DNA of 63,220 nucleotides, filler included, from Lenisia limosa (lineage: Eukaryota > Protista > Breviatea): NCBI GenBank assembly GCA_001655205.1. It is 7 parts of 7 records of this genome, joined end to end, with 100 filler letters (N's around TTAATTAATTAA, not from the genome) between each part and the next. Parts side by side here need not be neighbours in the genome. Positions count along the whole stretch, not along the records: positions 17,986 to 32,979 come from LPNZ01005051.1; positions 33,080 to 51,569 come from LPNZ01005942.1; 5 more parts are not named here. The stretch is one strand, 5' to 3'. The translations under genes and the position numbers were made by a program. This document shows positions 24,101 through 36,858 of the stretch, piece by piece; position 1 is the stretch's first letter, and every line of letters begins with the position of its first letter. Below the pieces are notes generated by a model, which made no database searches, was not told the DNA's origin, and saw only the letters and a program-made list of their open reading frames with translations.

Positions 24101-27100
24101 TTGCGCTTGAAGAAAAGGTGTTATTCCTTTTTATTGATCAGATCTGACTCTATAGAATCTTCGTGAAGTAGCTGAAGCCAATTTTGCAACTCTTCAGACC
24201 GCTCATGGTTTGTATTCCTTCAATAAATAGTCATTACTTTAGCAGACCGAGGCAGTCCAGCTATAGGCCCTCTCTTTTCAGCCCAAAGCGAAAATGATAT
24301 CTTCGACAAACTCAACTCAAGCAGTGTATCCAGTCATATTACTGACTTTGGTGGGATGGAGGTTTACTTTCCACCCTTTATCACTACTGGGCCTTCCACC
24401 CTTTATCACTACTGGACTTAATGAGTAAACGAATACGTAAAACACTCTTCTCATTTGGCGACTTACTATTACTACTGAATAAGCCAGAGCTCACAGTAAT
24501 CCTATTTCCAAATGACGGTGTAGCTTGTTTGCGGCCTATTAATGATGACGATCGTTCTGCCGAGAGGGAAGACATTCAGGTGAGTAGCACTACTATTGGC
24601 TGTTTTTTGAAGGTTGTTTCACCTTAATTTAGAAGATGCACATGGATCTCTCTGCGCGTGAGTGCGACGTTGTTGCGCGTGAATCCGGGGTGGCCGAGCG
24701 CGAGGCTCGGTTAAAGGACCAAGAAGCTGAATTTGACGACCGAAACGCTGGCACGCGGAACCTGCTTGTCGAAGTGGAAGAGCGGGAGAACCAGCTACGG
24801 CAGAAAGAGAGTGACGCACGTGTCATGGCGGATGACGTTGAGAGCCGCATGAAAGACGTTGCGGTCAGAGAAGACGCTGTGGTTGTGCGTGAGAACGAGG
24901 TTGAGGCCCTACATGCCTACGCTCTATCATTGGAGGAGGAGGCAGGCCAAGATGACATCGCTGCTCTCAAGGCCAAAATCGAGGATCTCACAGATCTGCT
25001 TGAAATGGCACGTGACGATGTAGCATCAAGCCACGCGGCCGCCACGGTACAGTCTAGCCGTGTCGCTATTCTTGAGGCTCAGCTTGCCGGTGCACCTTGT
25101 CCGACAGAGGACGACACCAAGGTAGGCCAGGCAGTGGCGTGCACGTGATTGATATTTTAGGCGGCTTTACAGGAGTCTTTGATGGAGCGCGAGGCTCTGG
25201 TGACAGCGGCAGAGGCCCGGCTACAAGCCCAACTCGATGACGTCAATGATAGGGAAAAGAGCGTGAGTCTGAGAGAGAATGAGATGGAGCAAATCACGGC
25301 GTCCGTGCTGGCATCGTCCCGAGCCGCGAGTTTGGCCGAACCCGGTAAGATCCTTCATGTTTTTATCACTCTCTAGGCCATATGCAACCAGTGGAGCTCT
25401 TTACAGAGTCGTCCCTACCTCCAGCTTTCGATCATTATGACGCTTCAACGTACCAGAATGAAGAAGCAGCCCCCCAGGTTAGTAGTACTCAGGTCACCCC
25501 TTTCACATTCAGGTCGAGCTGGAGTCTGAACCACAGAGCACTGAGTTGAAAATTGAGCAATCCGAGCACCAAATTTCCGAAGCGTTTGAAGAGGCAAATA
25601 CGGTGGCGGCTGTGCAGCAAGACCCCTACGCAAGCCCCTACTCAAGCCCCTACGCAAGCCCCTATGAAGCCCCGGCCGCCCAGCCCGAACCCGTTTTTGT
25701 TCCCCCTGCCGAGCCAAAGGTCTCAAAATACGACCGCCCCGCATCGCACATGCCAGTCCCGATATCCTTCCCATCATCCCTCCTCCCCATGGACCCTCCA
25801 ATCCTCTCGCCCGTCCCGACCTCTGCACAAGTGCCGAACATCCCGTCATCTTCCGAGCCAAGCCCGCCGTCCGCGCCCGAGCCCTCAGCCGAGCCAGTTG
25901 AGCCGACTATCGAGTCAGTAGACGACGAAGATGTCAGTGAGGCCATTTCGGCCTCAGTGGAAGACTTCACGACCGCAATGCAGACGTTTGCCATCCCCAC
26001 CAACCCTGTCCGCAAATCTTTGGAAGAGAGTTCGGAAGAGAATTCGGAAGCTTCAAGTTCCGACAATGAGGCCGCGCCTGCTGCTGAACTCCCAAGTGGT
26101 AAGTTCCCTATCATGCTGCATGGCTTATCTTACCATATTAGGAATATTCTCGGGCTGGTTTTCGTCATCACCGTCCAAAGCCAAGGTGCAAGCTGAGCAG
26201 CCGCCTAAAAATAAGAAGGAGACACGTCCAGACGCCGAGCCCGACCTTTTCAGTGATGACGGACCAGAGCTATCACTCGGAGGCACCCCGCCTCCAGCGT
26301 AGGTCTATTTGTGCTTCTTCATTCTTCAGACCCGTGGAGGAGGATGAAGAGGAACAACCCAAAAGCTGGTTCTCGAAGCTCTTCACAAGTGAGAGACCTG
26401 GGCACAAACTGGGCCAAACTAATCCTTTTAGAGAAGAAACAGGCCTATATGGGTGAAAAGAATGATATGTATTTTGATGAAGTGAGTTCTTCCGTGTCTT
26501 CTCACCATGCTGTAGAAAACACAGAAATGGGTGGACCCCAACAACCCAATTGAGGAAGAGGACTTTGATGCTCCGCCGCCGTCATCAACCACCACCCCTA
26601 GTGTGCCACGCACCCAGTCTGCTCCCCCCGGCCCGGGCGGACCATCGTCTCGCCTTGTAGGCTAGTTCTACTTTTTTTTTTTGGTTGCGATTGTCCCTCC
26701 TTCTTAACCGTGCCAGCGCAATCGCTACGTCGACCCCTTTGCCAACAAGCATGGGTCTCAGCCCAACCCCCCAAGTAAGCGCAGTATTACTGTTTACTCT
26801 GTAGCCCAAATCGGACTGATTCCGGCTCCTCAACACACCCCAAGCCCAAGTCCCACGGCTACTCAGCAGAGTGAGCCAACGGCACTCTGTGTAATATTAT
26901 TGTTTTTACTTTTGAAACCTTGGAGCACAACCATTATCTTAAGGTTCAGATGATTCTGCTTTGCCTTCTCACTTCCCCAACCCCCCAGTCTATTCCCAGC
27001 CCATGGACGGTTTGCTAATAGTTCAATAGTTAACAGTGGTACTGCATGAACACTCGGATACCTCACCCTTTAGAATCCCGTCACCCACGCTCCCAATACC

Positions 27101-29195
27101 AATCAGTCCACTTCCCCCCTGCTTCCGCTTCCGAGGATTCTTCAGACACTCCCCCTGAAGAGCATTCCCCCCCTGACGCTCAAGCCGAACCCATTACCGA
27201 TTCCACCGCTAATTACGCTGACTCCACTGCTAATTACGACCATCCGCCGTCTGCCGCTGCCGATGAGACAGAACCTGCACCTGCAGCAACGGAGCAAGTT
27301 GCAGCCCCAATGTCCCTCATGGATAACCCATATGGCTCGCCCTACACACAGCCTATTGCCGAGCCGAGCCCGTCCNNNNNNNNNNNNNNNNNNNNNNNNN
27401 NNNNNNNNNNNNNNNNNNNNNNNNNNNNNNNNNNNNNNNNNNNNNNNNNNNNNNNNNNNNNNNNNNNNNNNCCTTGGTGTCAGGATAATATTGTACCGTT
27501 TTATCTCATAATGATTATACGGTTTTCATTTTCTCCATTGATCGCCAGATTGAGATTGGGGCTTCGTCCAGCTGCGACAGCATGGAATTACGCCGACAAA
27601 GAATCCACTGGTACGCCTTCTTTGTGTGTCCGACAATGTAGAAGCGCCACCCCCATTGGACCCTAATGAAAAGCCTATTCCAAGCACATCCACGAGCACG
27701 TCCCGGGTTCTGCAGTCTGAACAGCCCTTCTCCTCTGAACCCCCCGGAAATCCCGGTAAGCCAATCCCTATTCAACACATGTATCTGATGTGGTAGATGC
27801 GCCAGCACCGATGGCCAGTAGCGCATTCGACCAGGCTTCCGAGCTGTTTGCCGAGGGGCATGCCGCCTCCATCCCCCGGTCCGCCAGTATGACATCCACA
27901 GTGGCCACTGAACATACGGAGTCGGAACGGTCAGCTTCGCCGCCGCCAGCGTACAGCCTGGAGGCAGATGATGATTACGGCGGCGTGTCGGCNNNNNNNN
28001 NNNNNNNNNNNNNNNNNNNNNNNNNNNNNNNNNNNNNNNNNNNNNNNNNNNNNNNNNNNNNNNNNNNNNNNNNNNNNNNNNNNNNNNNNNNNNNNNNNNN
28101 NNNNNNNNNNNNNNNNNNNNNNNNNNNNNNNNCGGACAATTTGAGTTCAGTGACCCATTTTCGTCCGTTGTGCCGACGATGACGTCACCGTATGAAGCTG
28201 ATGACTTAACGCTGAGTGCCTCGTTCAGATCGCAAGGAGCAGAGTCGTACCGCGCACCCGGTCTGAGCTTCTCCGACTATCCTGGTCATCTTGACGACCC
28301 TTCAAGTGCATACCCGCCTGCTACTACGGCGACCGAAGAAGCAGCCATAGCTGGGCCAAGTCAGACAGAGCTTTCTCCAACCCGCAGACTGTCTCATTCA
28401 TCGCATTGTTCAGGTTTGTCCTTTGTTGTTAATTCTGACCCTTTAGTGCACGCAGCGTCGCAGCCCGTACCGCCAACTAAGTAGGCTCTTATTTTGCTTC
28501 ATTCTTTGTCTTGGCCGTTCTTACTTTCAGTATGTTCACACCAGTGTCATCGGACCAAGCCACAGACGACTTCTTCAGTGAATTCTCCACCCAGGTACGC
28601 TCCGTCTGCTACGTCACCCCTCAGGCACCGTCAAGCGGCCAGAACGAAATGTTCATCCGCCAACTCCCCTCCCAGCCGCCGCAACAGGTTTGGCACCAGG
28701 GTAGCGCCGAAAATATGGGGTTGGATCGCGAAATTCCAAAATTGGTGTCAGTCATGTGGATTTTTTCTGACTCAGCAGGCCGTGCCGGAGAGCGATGACG
28801 CGGCATTCTACAACCAGGACTTCACGGCTCTGTCACAATCAATGACTTCGCAGACGTCGACGCCATCACGCGGTGGCGTGGCGTCTCCCACCACATTTGG
28901 CCCGGGCTATGAGTATGGCATCCCACTTCCACAGCCCATGCCGGATGCCGCGCCAGACTCGGAGGTTGGTTCTAAAGTCTTGTTTACGGAGTAGCTTTGG
29001 CCGTCTTCACCGCCTGCGGACAGGCCGATCACCCCTGTCTCGCCACCACCTAACTGCTCACCCCTGACTGACACGTCTTGGGGTATCTAATCTAATGGTA
29101 TGTTTAGTAGTCTTTCTTTTCTTAAGTTGTTTTCCCGATGTAATTACTGTACACTATTCAGGGAATAACGACTCTTCTTATTACTTGATACCATA
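18155..29195 (+). CDS. Giant LRR + long coiled-coil + Pro/Ser-rich protein with Sec16-like C-terminal motifs (5' partial; 3' end approximate)
   Basis: The LRR exon (NTGMTEFPKCISRLRNLKRLNVSDNPSLLSIP) splices in frame (ACA G|gt...ag|CA CCT) into the 18379 ORF. Ala/Glu/Arg/Gln heptad-rich exons follow, including one of ~3.6 kb (~20377-23997). Then come PYASPYSSPYASPY, KKKQAYMGEKNDMYFDE|KTQKWVDPNNP...PPP and RNRYVDPF, and further P/S-rich exons to ~29.1 kb. Confidence 0.75.
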
Positions 29196-29480
29196 AGCCA
29201 TGTTCTTTAGTTATATAAACACTCAGGGGGCTCGATCGTATAAAATTGTTAAAATAAGTAGACTTTTGCTGATGCACTTGAAACTGTTTATCACCACACT
29301 CATTTTAGAACTTATTCACCAAGGTGAGAAACAATGTATCAAAATAGAAGAAAAATAACATGAGCATAATGTACATAATATTACAAGAGGTAATCCCTTA
29401 CAGTTCTTTTAAAGGTCGATATCTTCCTAACTGACACTTCATTTTGAATGGCAACACTGACTTGGCAATCCTGTTCGTAG

Positions 29481-29813
29481 CTAGGGGGTGTACAAGTAAT
29501 GAATTCCTACACAACGGACCTGATCCAGGCGGACAACAACGGCACCACATATGTATATCACGGTGACAAGCACCCAGCGGGCGTCAACCCTACCAAGCCA
29601 CCACTTCTCCAAACAAAACGGGTCGCCGTCACCCAATGTCAAGATTGCTGGTACGTCCCGACACAACTGGATATTCTGAATTGCTGACAATAGTTTTGAC
29701 CTCAGGTAAATTGTCTTGATCCTCGTAACACTCCAGTTTCGAAGTGCATGCTTTGCAGGGAATCACGGCAAATTGTATTACTGCCACCATTGAAGTTCCA
29801 TCACTTGAGATAA
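29481..29813 (+). CDS. Small spliced coding fragment of unknown function (separate gene or tail of the preceding gene)
   Basis: Exon LGGVQVMNSYTTDLIQADNNGTTYVYHGDKHPAGVNPTKPPLLQTKRVAVTQCQDC, followed by two GT-AG introns with branch-point-like CTGAC, giving ...CFDLRESRQIVLLPPLKFHHLR*. Confidence 0.35.
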
Positions 29814-30111
29814 TCTTATCGCTCCAGATATCTCCATGTTCGCTATCTTCAGCCATTGAGTATACATATTTTATCATATTATTTTCGGTCATTTTTGAAA
29901 CTAATGAAAAAGAATTGACCTTCCTTATTGACAGGGTGTTTTCAACTCAATTTGTATTCATGGAGCAGACACGCCAAAAATAAGGAATCTGTGTGCATGG
30001 AGTTTTATTATATAATATGGGATAAGACCATTGCATATTGTTCAAAACACTTTCAAGGAAGTGAAACATCTTAATTTAAGCCTAGAAATACACATAAAAC
30101 CATCAAACCCT

Positions 30112-32226
30112 TTAGAACAAGTCGTCATCATCGTCCTCCAAACTAAACTCGAAAGACTTGTTGCCATCAATATCCTCAACATAGTCGTAATTCGATAGCG
30201 CGCTTGATTGGCTGTGGTCGCTCAAGCTTTCCTCGACCTGAAGGGCTTCTGCCTCATCCAAATCCACTTCTTCCACCTCCTCAGCAACATCTTCAATTTC
30301 ATCACTACAAAATAAATCTGAAGCGGGGGGATTCGACCAACTTTTCAAACGAATCACCTTCAAATGAACTGTTTGGAGCTAGAGAAGTGAGCAACTGCTG
30401 AACGTAACTAACATTCATCCTGGGGCTGCATTAAAGCAGCAAGCTTGGCGTCAATCTCATCCAATCGTCTGAAATTCTTCTCATCAGCCTCCTCTTCATC
30501 TACAACGGTGACATCAGGGTGATGGCCACCTTCAAAAGACGTGTCGGCTGGAGGCGCTGCCTGACTGGATTTGACGGGGGGAAGGCTTTTGACTGACGGA
30601 AGTGCAGATGGTCGGTTTGTGAGGCCTGTGACGCATGAGCATGTGAAGTCAAAAATTACGATGAGAAAGAAGGTAAAGAAGGAAAAGGGTGAAATGGCCC
30701 CATACTTGGGAGGAGTCCGGATGGTTTCTTGGAGAGGGTCTTAGGGGGGTCTTGGGCAGGGCTGAATCAATGACAAACCACAACCGACTAACACCTACAC
30801 ATCTTCAATGGGCTCCGAGAAACTCAAATCCTCAATTTCATCGTCGCTGCTATGCTGAATCTCCACAGGTCCATCCTCGAGAGGGGTGATCTAGCAAGCG
30901 TCACCAATAATTGAGAAACAACAGTGTTCCAAAAAAGAAAATATGACCAATTGGAAATATTGTACTCCTCTCACCTGTTTGACTGGGAAGACAAGTGAAG
31001 GTTCTTCAGGCGGCAAAATGTCATTGTCCACTTGCTGAATGAGTCACGCGTCTCATCCTCTACTCAATTTTCTTTGATGTTCAATGTGATCAAAACCATT
31101 CCTGCACCCTTACTGTCCTATTAAATTCATAGCCACAAACAGACTGCATACCAAGTGATTGGCTGGTGTCAGTGGGAGGGAAGGGAAACTAAACTCATCT
31201 TCGTCATCATCATCACCATACAATCTAAAAATGAAATAAAATTATGACCATATCAAAAAATAATTATCAACACCATCCACAAATCAGTAGAATCATAAGC
31301 TGGATAAAAACACACCGACCCATGGTAGGTGGAGGGACGAGGAACAGTGCTAGCTGTATACGGGGCCTTCTAAAATAAAATCAATAACAGGAATTCAAGA
31401 TGGAACATCCAACTTGGGCAGCCTAATAGGAAGAAATATACATATGTAATGGTACTACGATCCCAAAAGTTGTCTCTTTAGAGCCTCCACAACACACTCT
31501 GTTATTCATTGAAGACGGTCTGTTGTTCATCGCCCTGGTAACATTAAGAAAAGAAGAAAGAAAGCACCCCAACGAGTGGCAACCAAACAATCCACAACAA
31601 GACCCCAACTCCCACGTTCTTCGATGTGCTTCAATGAGCTCAAGCAGCAAGGGACGGTCGTTGGAGACATGACCAAGATTGACACGAGTTGACAGGTCAT
31701 CTCTTCTGGGATTGTTTTCTGCCTATTGTGTTAAAGTGTCTTCAAAAATGGAAGGGGGNNNNNNNNNNNNNNNNNNNNNNNNNNNNNNNNNNNNNNNNNN
31801 NNNNNNNNNNNNNNNNNNNNNNNNNNNNNNNNNNNTTGAGAAATCAAGGTCCAGGAAGGAGAAAAACTCCTTGATCAAATCAAATGCTTCATTGGCATAG
31901 GCGTTGTCTTTGAAATGCGAAAGTCGCTGGTTCTCAAGGTAAACACCAGTCTTTTTTTCTTTTTCATCCAGTGCAGTGAAGACAGCTGCCCTCAGCTCCG
32001 CCTATTGAAAAATAACGTTAATTGATATAAAGCTGTTCAAACCTTAATCTTCCCTAAAACTCCTCTTTCCTCAAGGACCTGTCCAATCATCACTTGAACA
32101 TTCTGGCAACAGTGAAAAGAAGAAGTTCACGAAGAAATACATAAGTTTTTTTCGTATTTCCTTTACTGAAACATTGAGGTTTACCTTTTCGTGGTCCATT
32201 TCAGCTTCCAAAAGCTTCTGATTCAT
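30112..32226 (-). CDS. FGFR1OP: FGFR1OP/CEP43 (FOP)-TONNEAU1-like LisH protein
   Basis: MNQKLLEAEMDHEK|NVQVMIGQVLEERGVLGKIK|AELRAAVFTALDEKEK...AFDLIKEFFSFLDLDFS matches the FOP/TON1 TOF-LisH N-terminus. The low-complexity middle and acidic tail end SFEFSLEDDDDDLF*. Confidence 0.8.
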
Positions 32227-32500
32227 GATGTGCAATTTAGTGAAAGCCGCTTTTATTCTATATAGCTCTCTACCTGCTGCTCAGCTCTCTATTCTAATAA
32301 TACTGCTCTATGATACTCTAATTATTCTAATAATGTTAATTCTATTTTATTTTTTTTGTTTGGTGTGTTGGACCAGTAATCTCCCTTTTCCCATTTTTTC
32401 CCGAGGGCCTGTTTCTTTCTCGTTCGATCAACCACCAAGTTAACTGTTCAATCAAACCTTTTGCCTCATTATTCATTTTGAAAGAACCCAATTTTTCACA

Positions 32501-32869
32501 ATGACCAACGCTTGTAAGCTGAATTTTGGGATGCTTTTGGGATTATTTTCTTATTATATTTAGATAAATCAGGAGAAACTCCACTTATCCTTGCTGCTCA
32601 GCGTGGTGACCTTGAGAAAGTCACCTCCTTGGTTGCAGAAGGCAGTAATGTCAACGATCGTGATTGGGTTTGTGGAGAGAAAAAAAAAAAAGACAGTCCC
32701 GATACTAGCCCCGTTGACATATCCTTCACAATTGCTCATCGCTGAAATTGAGTGTATTCACGGAATATAGAGAGGGATGGTTGCCCTTCACTTCGCTGCC
32801 CGGAATGGACATGTTGAAATTGCCACAGCTCTTCTTGAAGCTGGAGCAAGTATTGAAGAGAGAGACTGG
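32501..32869 (+). CDS. Ankyrin-repeat protein (3' partial)
   Basis: MTNA|DKSGETPLILAAQRGDLEKVTSLVAEGSNVNDRDW|RGMVALHFAARNGHVEIATALLEAGASIEERDW; one repeat per exon. Confidence 0.85.
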
Positions 32870-32979
32870 GTAGGCTTTTTCCGTTGGAATTGCGGAGTGA
32901 CTTTTTTTTTGGATGAATATACTTGGGTCTTTTTTTTTTGACCTCTTCTGTCTCATAGCGGCTTTGCTGTTTTCAACCC

Positions 32980-33079
32980 NNNNNNNNNNNNNNNNNNNNN
33001 NNNNNNNNNNNNNNNNNNNNNNNTTAATTAATTAANNNNNNNNNNNNNNNNNNNNNNNNNNNNNNNNNNNNNNNNNNNN
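32980..33079. other. Artificial scaffold linker
   Basis: 44 N + TTAATTAATTAA + 44 N. Confidence 0.97.
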
Positions 33080-33142
33080 GGAGGGATAAGTATTATGGAA
33101 TTGGGAGGGATAAGTATTATGGAATTGGGAGGGATAAGTTAT
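33080..33142. repeat. 24-bp tandem repeat (about 2.6 copies) at the scaffold start
   Basis: GAGGGATAAGTATTATGGAATTGG units. Confidence 0.8.
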
Positions 33143-33419
33143 TATCCGCTCACAAGTCTGGCCAAAAGCTTTGCCATTTCTGGCGTTGTGCACTCATTAG
33201 TTCCTTCAGTTTGGAAAAGAAGTGAGAGGTGCTAAGGTATTAGTGGGTGGTTGGTGTTTAAAGCTGCCTTCCTTCTAAAATTTTCTAATGGTTGAATTTA
33301 ACAAAAGTCTTGTGACACCACATACCGAATTTTGGAAAGTAGAGGAAACAATAGAGTCCACACACGACATCAATAAGTCAAATTCCCCCTAGGTATTGTA
33401 AAAAAAACAGTAATGTAAT

Positions 33420-36400
33420 CTTACAGGTCCGCATATGTCGGCACAGCCGTTGAAGTCTTCAAAAACCACGAGGGTGTGGTGAGGGTTTCCTAAAAGCGAT
33501 AAGAAAACGAGATAAAAGTGCTTCGGGATCTTGATATGTATCTTCTCCGCCCAAAATAACAAACCTGAGACTGCCGATTTTGGCTTATTTGGGAGCCCTG
33601 AAGGGAAGAAATAAATACCATTGCGATGGCAAGAATCATTAAACTCAGAAGCTGACATTTCTGTAAGTTCAGAGCGCATGTCCTTTTCTTCCTATTGTGG
33701 TGATTATCGATATCAAGAAGGCATCTTCATTGGGCCCCACATTACCATTGACAGCTTATCCGGTCTCTTTTTGTTCCTAGTAAGCTGCAATGAGCCAACA
33801 TGTCCTGCCAGGAGAAGATCTGGAAATGGTAAAAAGAGAAGAAAGATATTAACTTAACGAATAAAGCCAAATATAATGAAGTGTACCTTGACGTGTGTTA
33901 CTGAGTTGTTCCCCGGGTTCAATTGGCTTTTCTTTCAGGAGCACGGGCAGACCGGAAATAGCTGTTTCTTTTGGGGATATCTGGGGAAAGGATAGGGGTA
34001 ATGGTCGTATGAGATAAAAAATAGACATTTTGAGAGCGTGCAAGGTTTGAAAAGAATAAATCACTGACATGCGTAATTATGAATGCGTTTATCACAAGGT
34101 GAAGTATCATCAAACCTCGAGAGAAATTGTCTCGAACTTGGGAGTGGAGTCCGTGACTGGGATCTGGGGATATGAGTGATGAAAAGGAAACCTCAGAACA
34201 GTTACACAAAATAATCTAATGCAGGGCAGATATAAGACAAACCTCGGGAGGAGGAACGTCAGAAGAAGGATCTTTAAAAGTGTTTTCCTCTGACGACGGA
34301 GTCTCTACTTCAGTTGTGACAGCTACAGGGGGGGAGACGGGCTTAATCGGCTAGAAAAGATTAAAAAGGTATTTTTCGGAGAACAAGGGGGTAGTTGATG
34401 GTTAACATACTATATGCTGGGAAGGAAGAAAGACGCGAACAATCGCTTATGTCACTATGAGAACAGAGTACCCTCACCTCTCACCTGTCTCGAAGGGAAC
34501 ATTCTCCCTCCAGCTGGCTTGAAAGATCCGCTTGAAGGAAACATTCTCGCTCGCGGGGCTGCAGCAGGGCTTGATGAAGGTTGGGCCTGGCTTTCCTCAG
34601 TTCCTGTCAATTTTGCGTGTGATTTGGGGTTTTGAGTCTGGAGTGCTGACAAGACTCCAGATTGGCGAGCGCGCGCTATAGAGTCGCCACAAACACTGCA
34701 ATCCGAAATAGGCCTTGAGTGGTAACTGAGAAAAAAAACACCATAATTCTAAATGGTATCATCTAATATAATAATTGAAGATCGAAATAGATATTAAGCC
34801 AAAACTCACCGGTCAGCCTTGGACAAAAAGTTGAACTCAGGTTCACCAGAAGCAGCTGCCATTCTTTGTCCAAGCTCTTTGAATGTTTTCTGCAGACCAA
34901 CTCCTTGGAAGAGGTGCTTAAAGGTGAAATTAGTTGATGTTTCAATTTCAATGGAAGATGGAGGCAAGCGAACCTCTGAAGAAGATACACTTTCTTGGCT
35001 CTTGCTTTTGCGGAAAGCTGGCTGAAAAGGTCAAACCTCAGGAAAGAATAAAGAGAAAAAAAACGCAATTTAAGTTCCCCCCCCCCCNNNNNNNNNNNNN
35101 NNNNNNNNNNNNNNNNNNNNNNNNNNNNNNNNNNNNNNTCAGACAAACCAGGTCCTGGAAAATCAGAAGGACATTTATATCATATACTAATATGAGACCA
35201 TATGATATACTATAGCTATTTAGCCTATTTTCTTAAAAAAAAAAAAACCCCATCACTTTTCTTGTTCTAAAACAGGGTTTACTCTTCTAAAATGAACCTA
35301 ATGAGGAAATAATTAATCAACTTTTGAAAATAGACCTTATTGACTCGCATAAACATCACTGACACAAATACTAAGTAGGAAATTACTGGATATTTCCATT
35401 TCTGCAGTTAAAAGTAAGATATCACGTTAGAAGGCCCTGTGATAGGTCAAAAATCAAAACCGACACGACATCCCAAAACACACACAGTTTTGGCGCCTCA
35501 TATACGATATACACATCATAGTATATCATGTAATATATTAGATGTACTATATGTAAGGCACTTGACCATGAACATTGGAAATCTTCCCCACCCTTTTCTC
35601 TCTCACTCAATATAGTCGGATACAACAAATTTATTGTAATATTGAATGTACATAAAAGGGATAAGTTCATTTCAGTCCAGTTTTTTTATATTTTATTTAA
35701 TGTGTTTTTCATCTGTTAAACAGCCTTTTTTTGTTTTGAATAAAAATGGACTATTGTTGAGATATACATTCATATTTAATTGATTATTATATAATATTAT
35801 TTTTTTATTTCTCATTGCTATATATTATATCAATTTCATATTACTATATGTCATATCGCTACTATGATGAAACAACAAACACAAAAAGATGGTCAGATGC
35901 TCAGGTTGGTATTCACGGTCAGGTGATGTGCCTTATACATAGCTACATGATATATCTGTACATGTATGGACATTCAACAAAGAAGACCCACCATCGACGA
36001 CAACGTCTGGAATAAGGGGGTTCCTCAGAGACATAAACTGAAACTGTCCCTTCTGTGCTGCCGAAGACAAATCCACACCCTGAACAGTAAAATTCAACAA
36101 TTTAAAACCACGTCACACTGAAGCTAAACACCCACGAATTTCTTTGAATAAGTCACCCAATCATCTGGCTTCTTCATTGGAGACAACATAATCTATATTA
36201 GGTCAGAAAAATATAGAAATGGAGAATTATATCAGATCCCTTCCATCACGCGACAAGGTATTGACAAGAGAAGAATAACAATTTAACCAATAAACACTGT
36301 CAGCTCTTTGATAATATTAAAGAGAACTGCTTAAGCAGTACAACAGAATAAAAACTCACAATTTTGCCTCCAGTATTGATATAAAGGTCCAACATTGAGG

Positions 36401-36620
36401 TAACAAGAGGTGCACTGGGAAGCTAAAAAGGCTGTCAGAATCGAAGCACAATTCAACTGTTGTGTGGCAATCATGCCCCCTCCCTCTCTCACCTGATTAA
36501 CTTCAATAACAATGACATCATTTTTTGGGAGGACTGGTGGTGATGTTGACCACTTTGTGATTGGTGTCAAACAAGACTGCATAGTGATGTGATAGCGATT
36601 GTGATGCTCGTGATGTGTGA
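33420..36620 (-). CDS. Uncharacterised multi-exon gene
   Basis: Spliceable exons: AFRKSKSQESVSSSEVRLPP...FKHLFQGVGLQKTFKELGQRMAAASGEPEFNFLSKAD|RYHSRPISDCSVCGDSIARARQSG..., VAVTTEVETPSSEENTFKDPSS, IPVTDSTPKFETISLE. Boundaries uncertain. Confidence 0.4.
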
Positions 36621-36858
36621 CCCGCCTTAGTGTGATGTTTCAGATTTGCTAAGCTGAAAGGGTGGGATGGTTGGAGGGACAGGGAGGCTCGCTCGTGGGA
36701 GACCCGGGGTGTAAGTGCTATCATATTTATACCTTTTCCCTGCAGCCTTTCCACCATATCATATATATTATTTATTATGTGATGAGCCGGTTGATTAGGT
36801 GATTATATATATAATTTAAAAGTCGATCGGTTTGTAAATTCCTTATATGCCGACAACT

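Noticed and set aside
20400-26120. Many long antisense and alternate-frame ORFs (for example 22105-22746, 23040-23822, 25662-26114)
   Set aside because: They are shadows of the GC-rich Ala/Glu/Arg coding strand and show no independent motifs.
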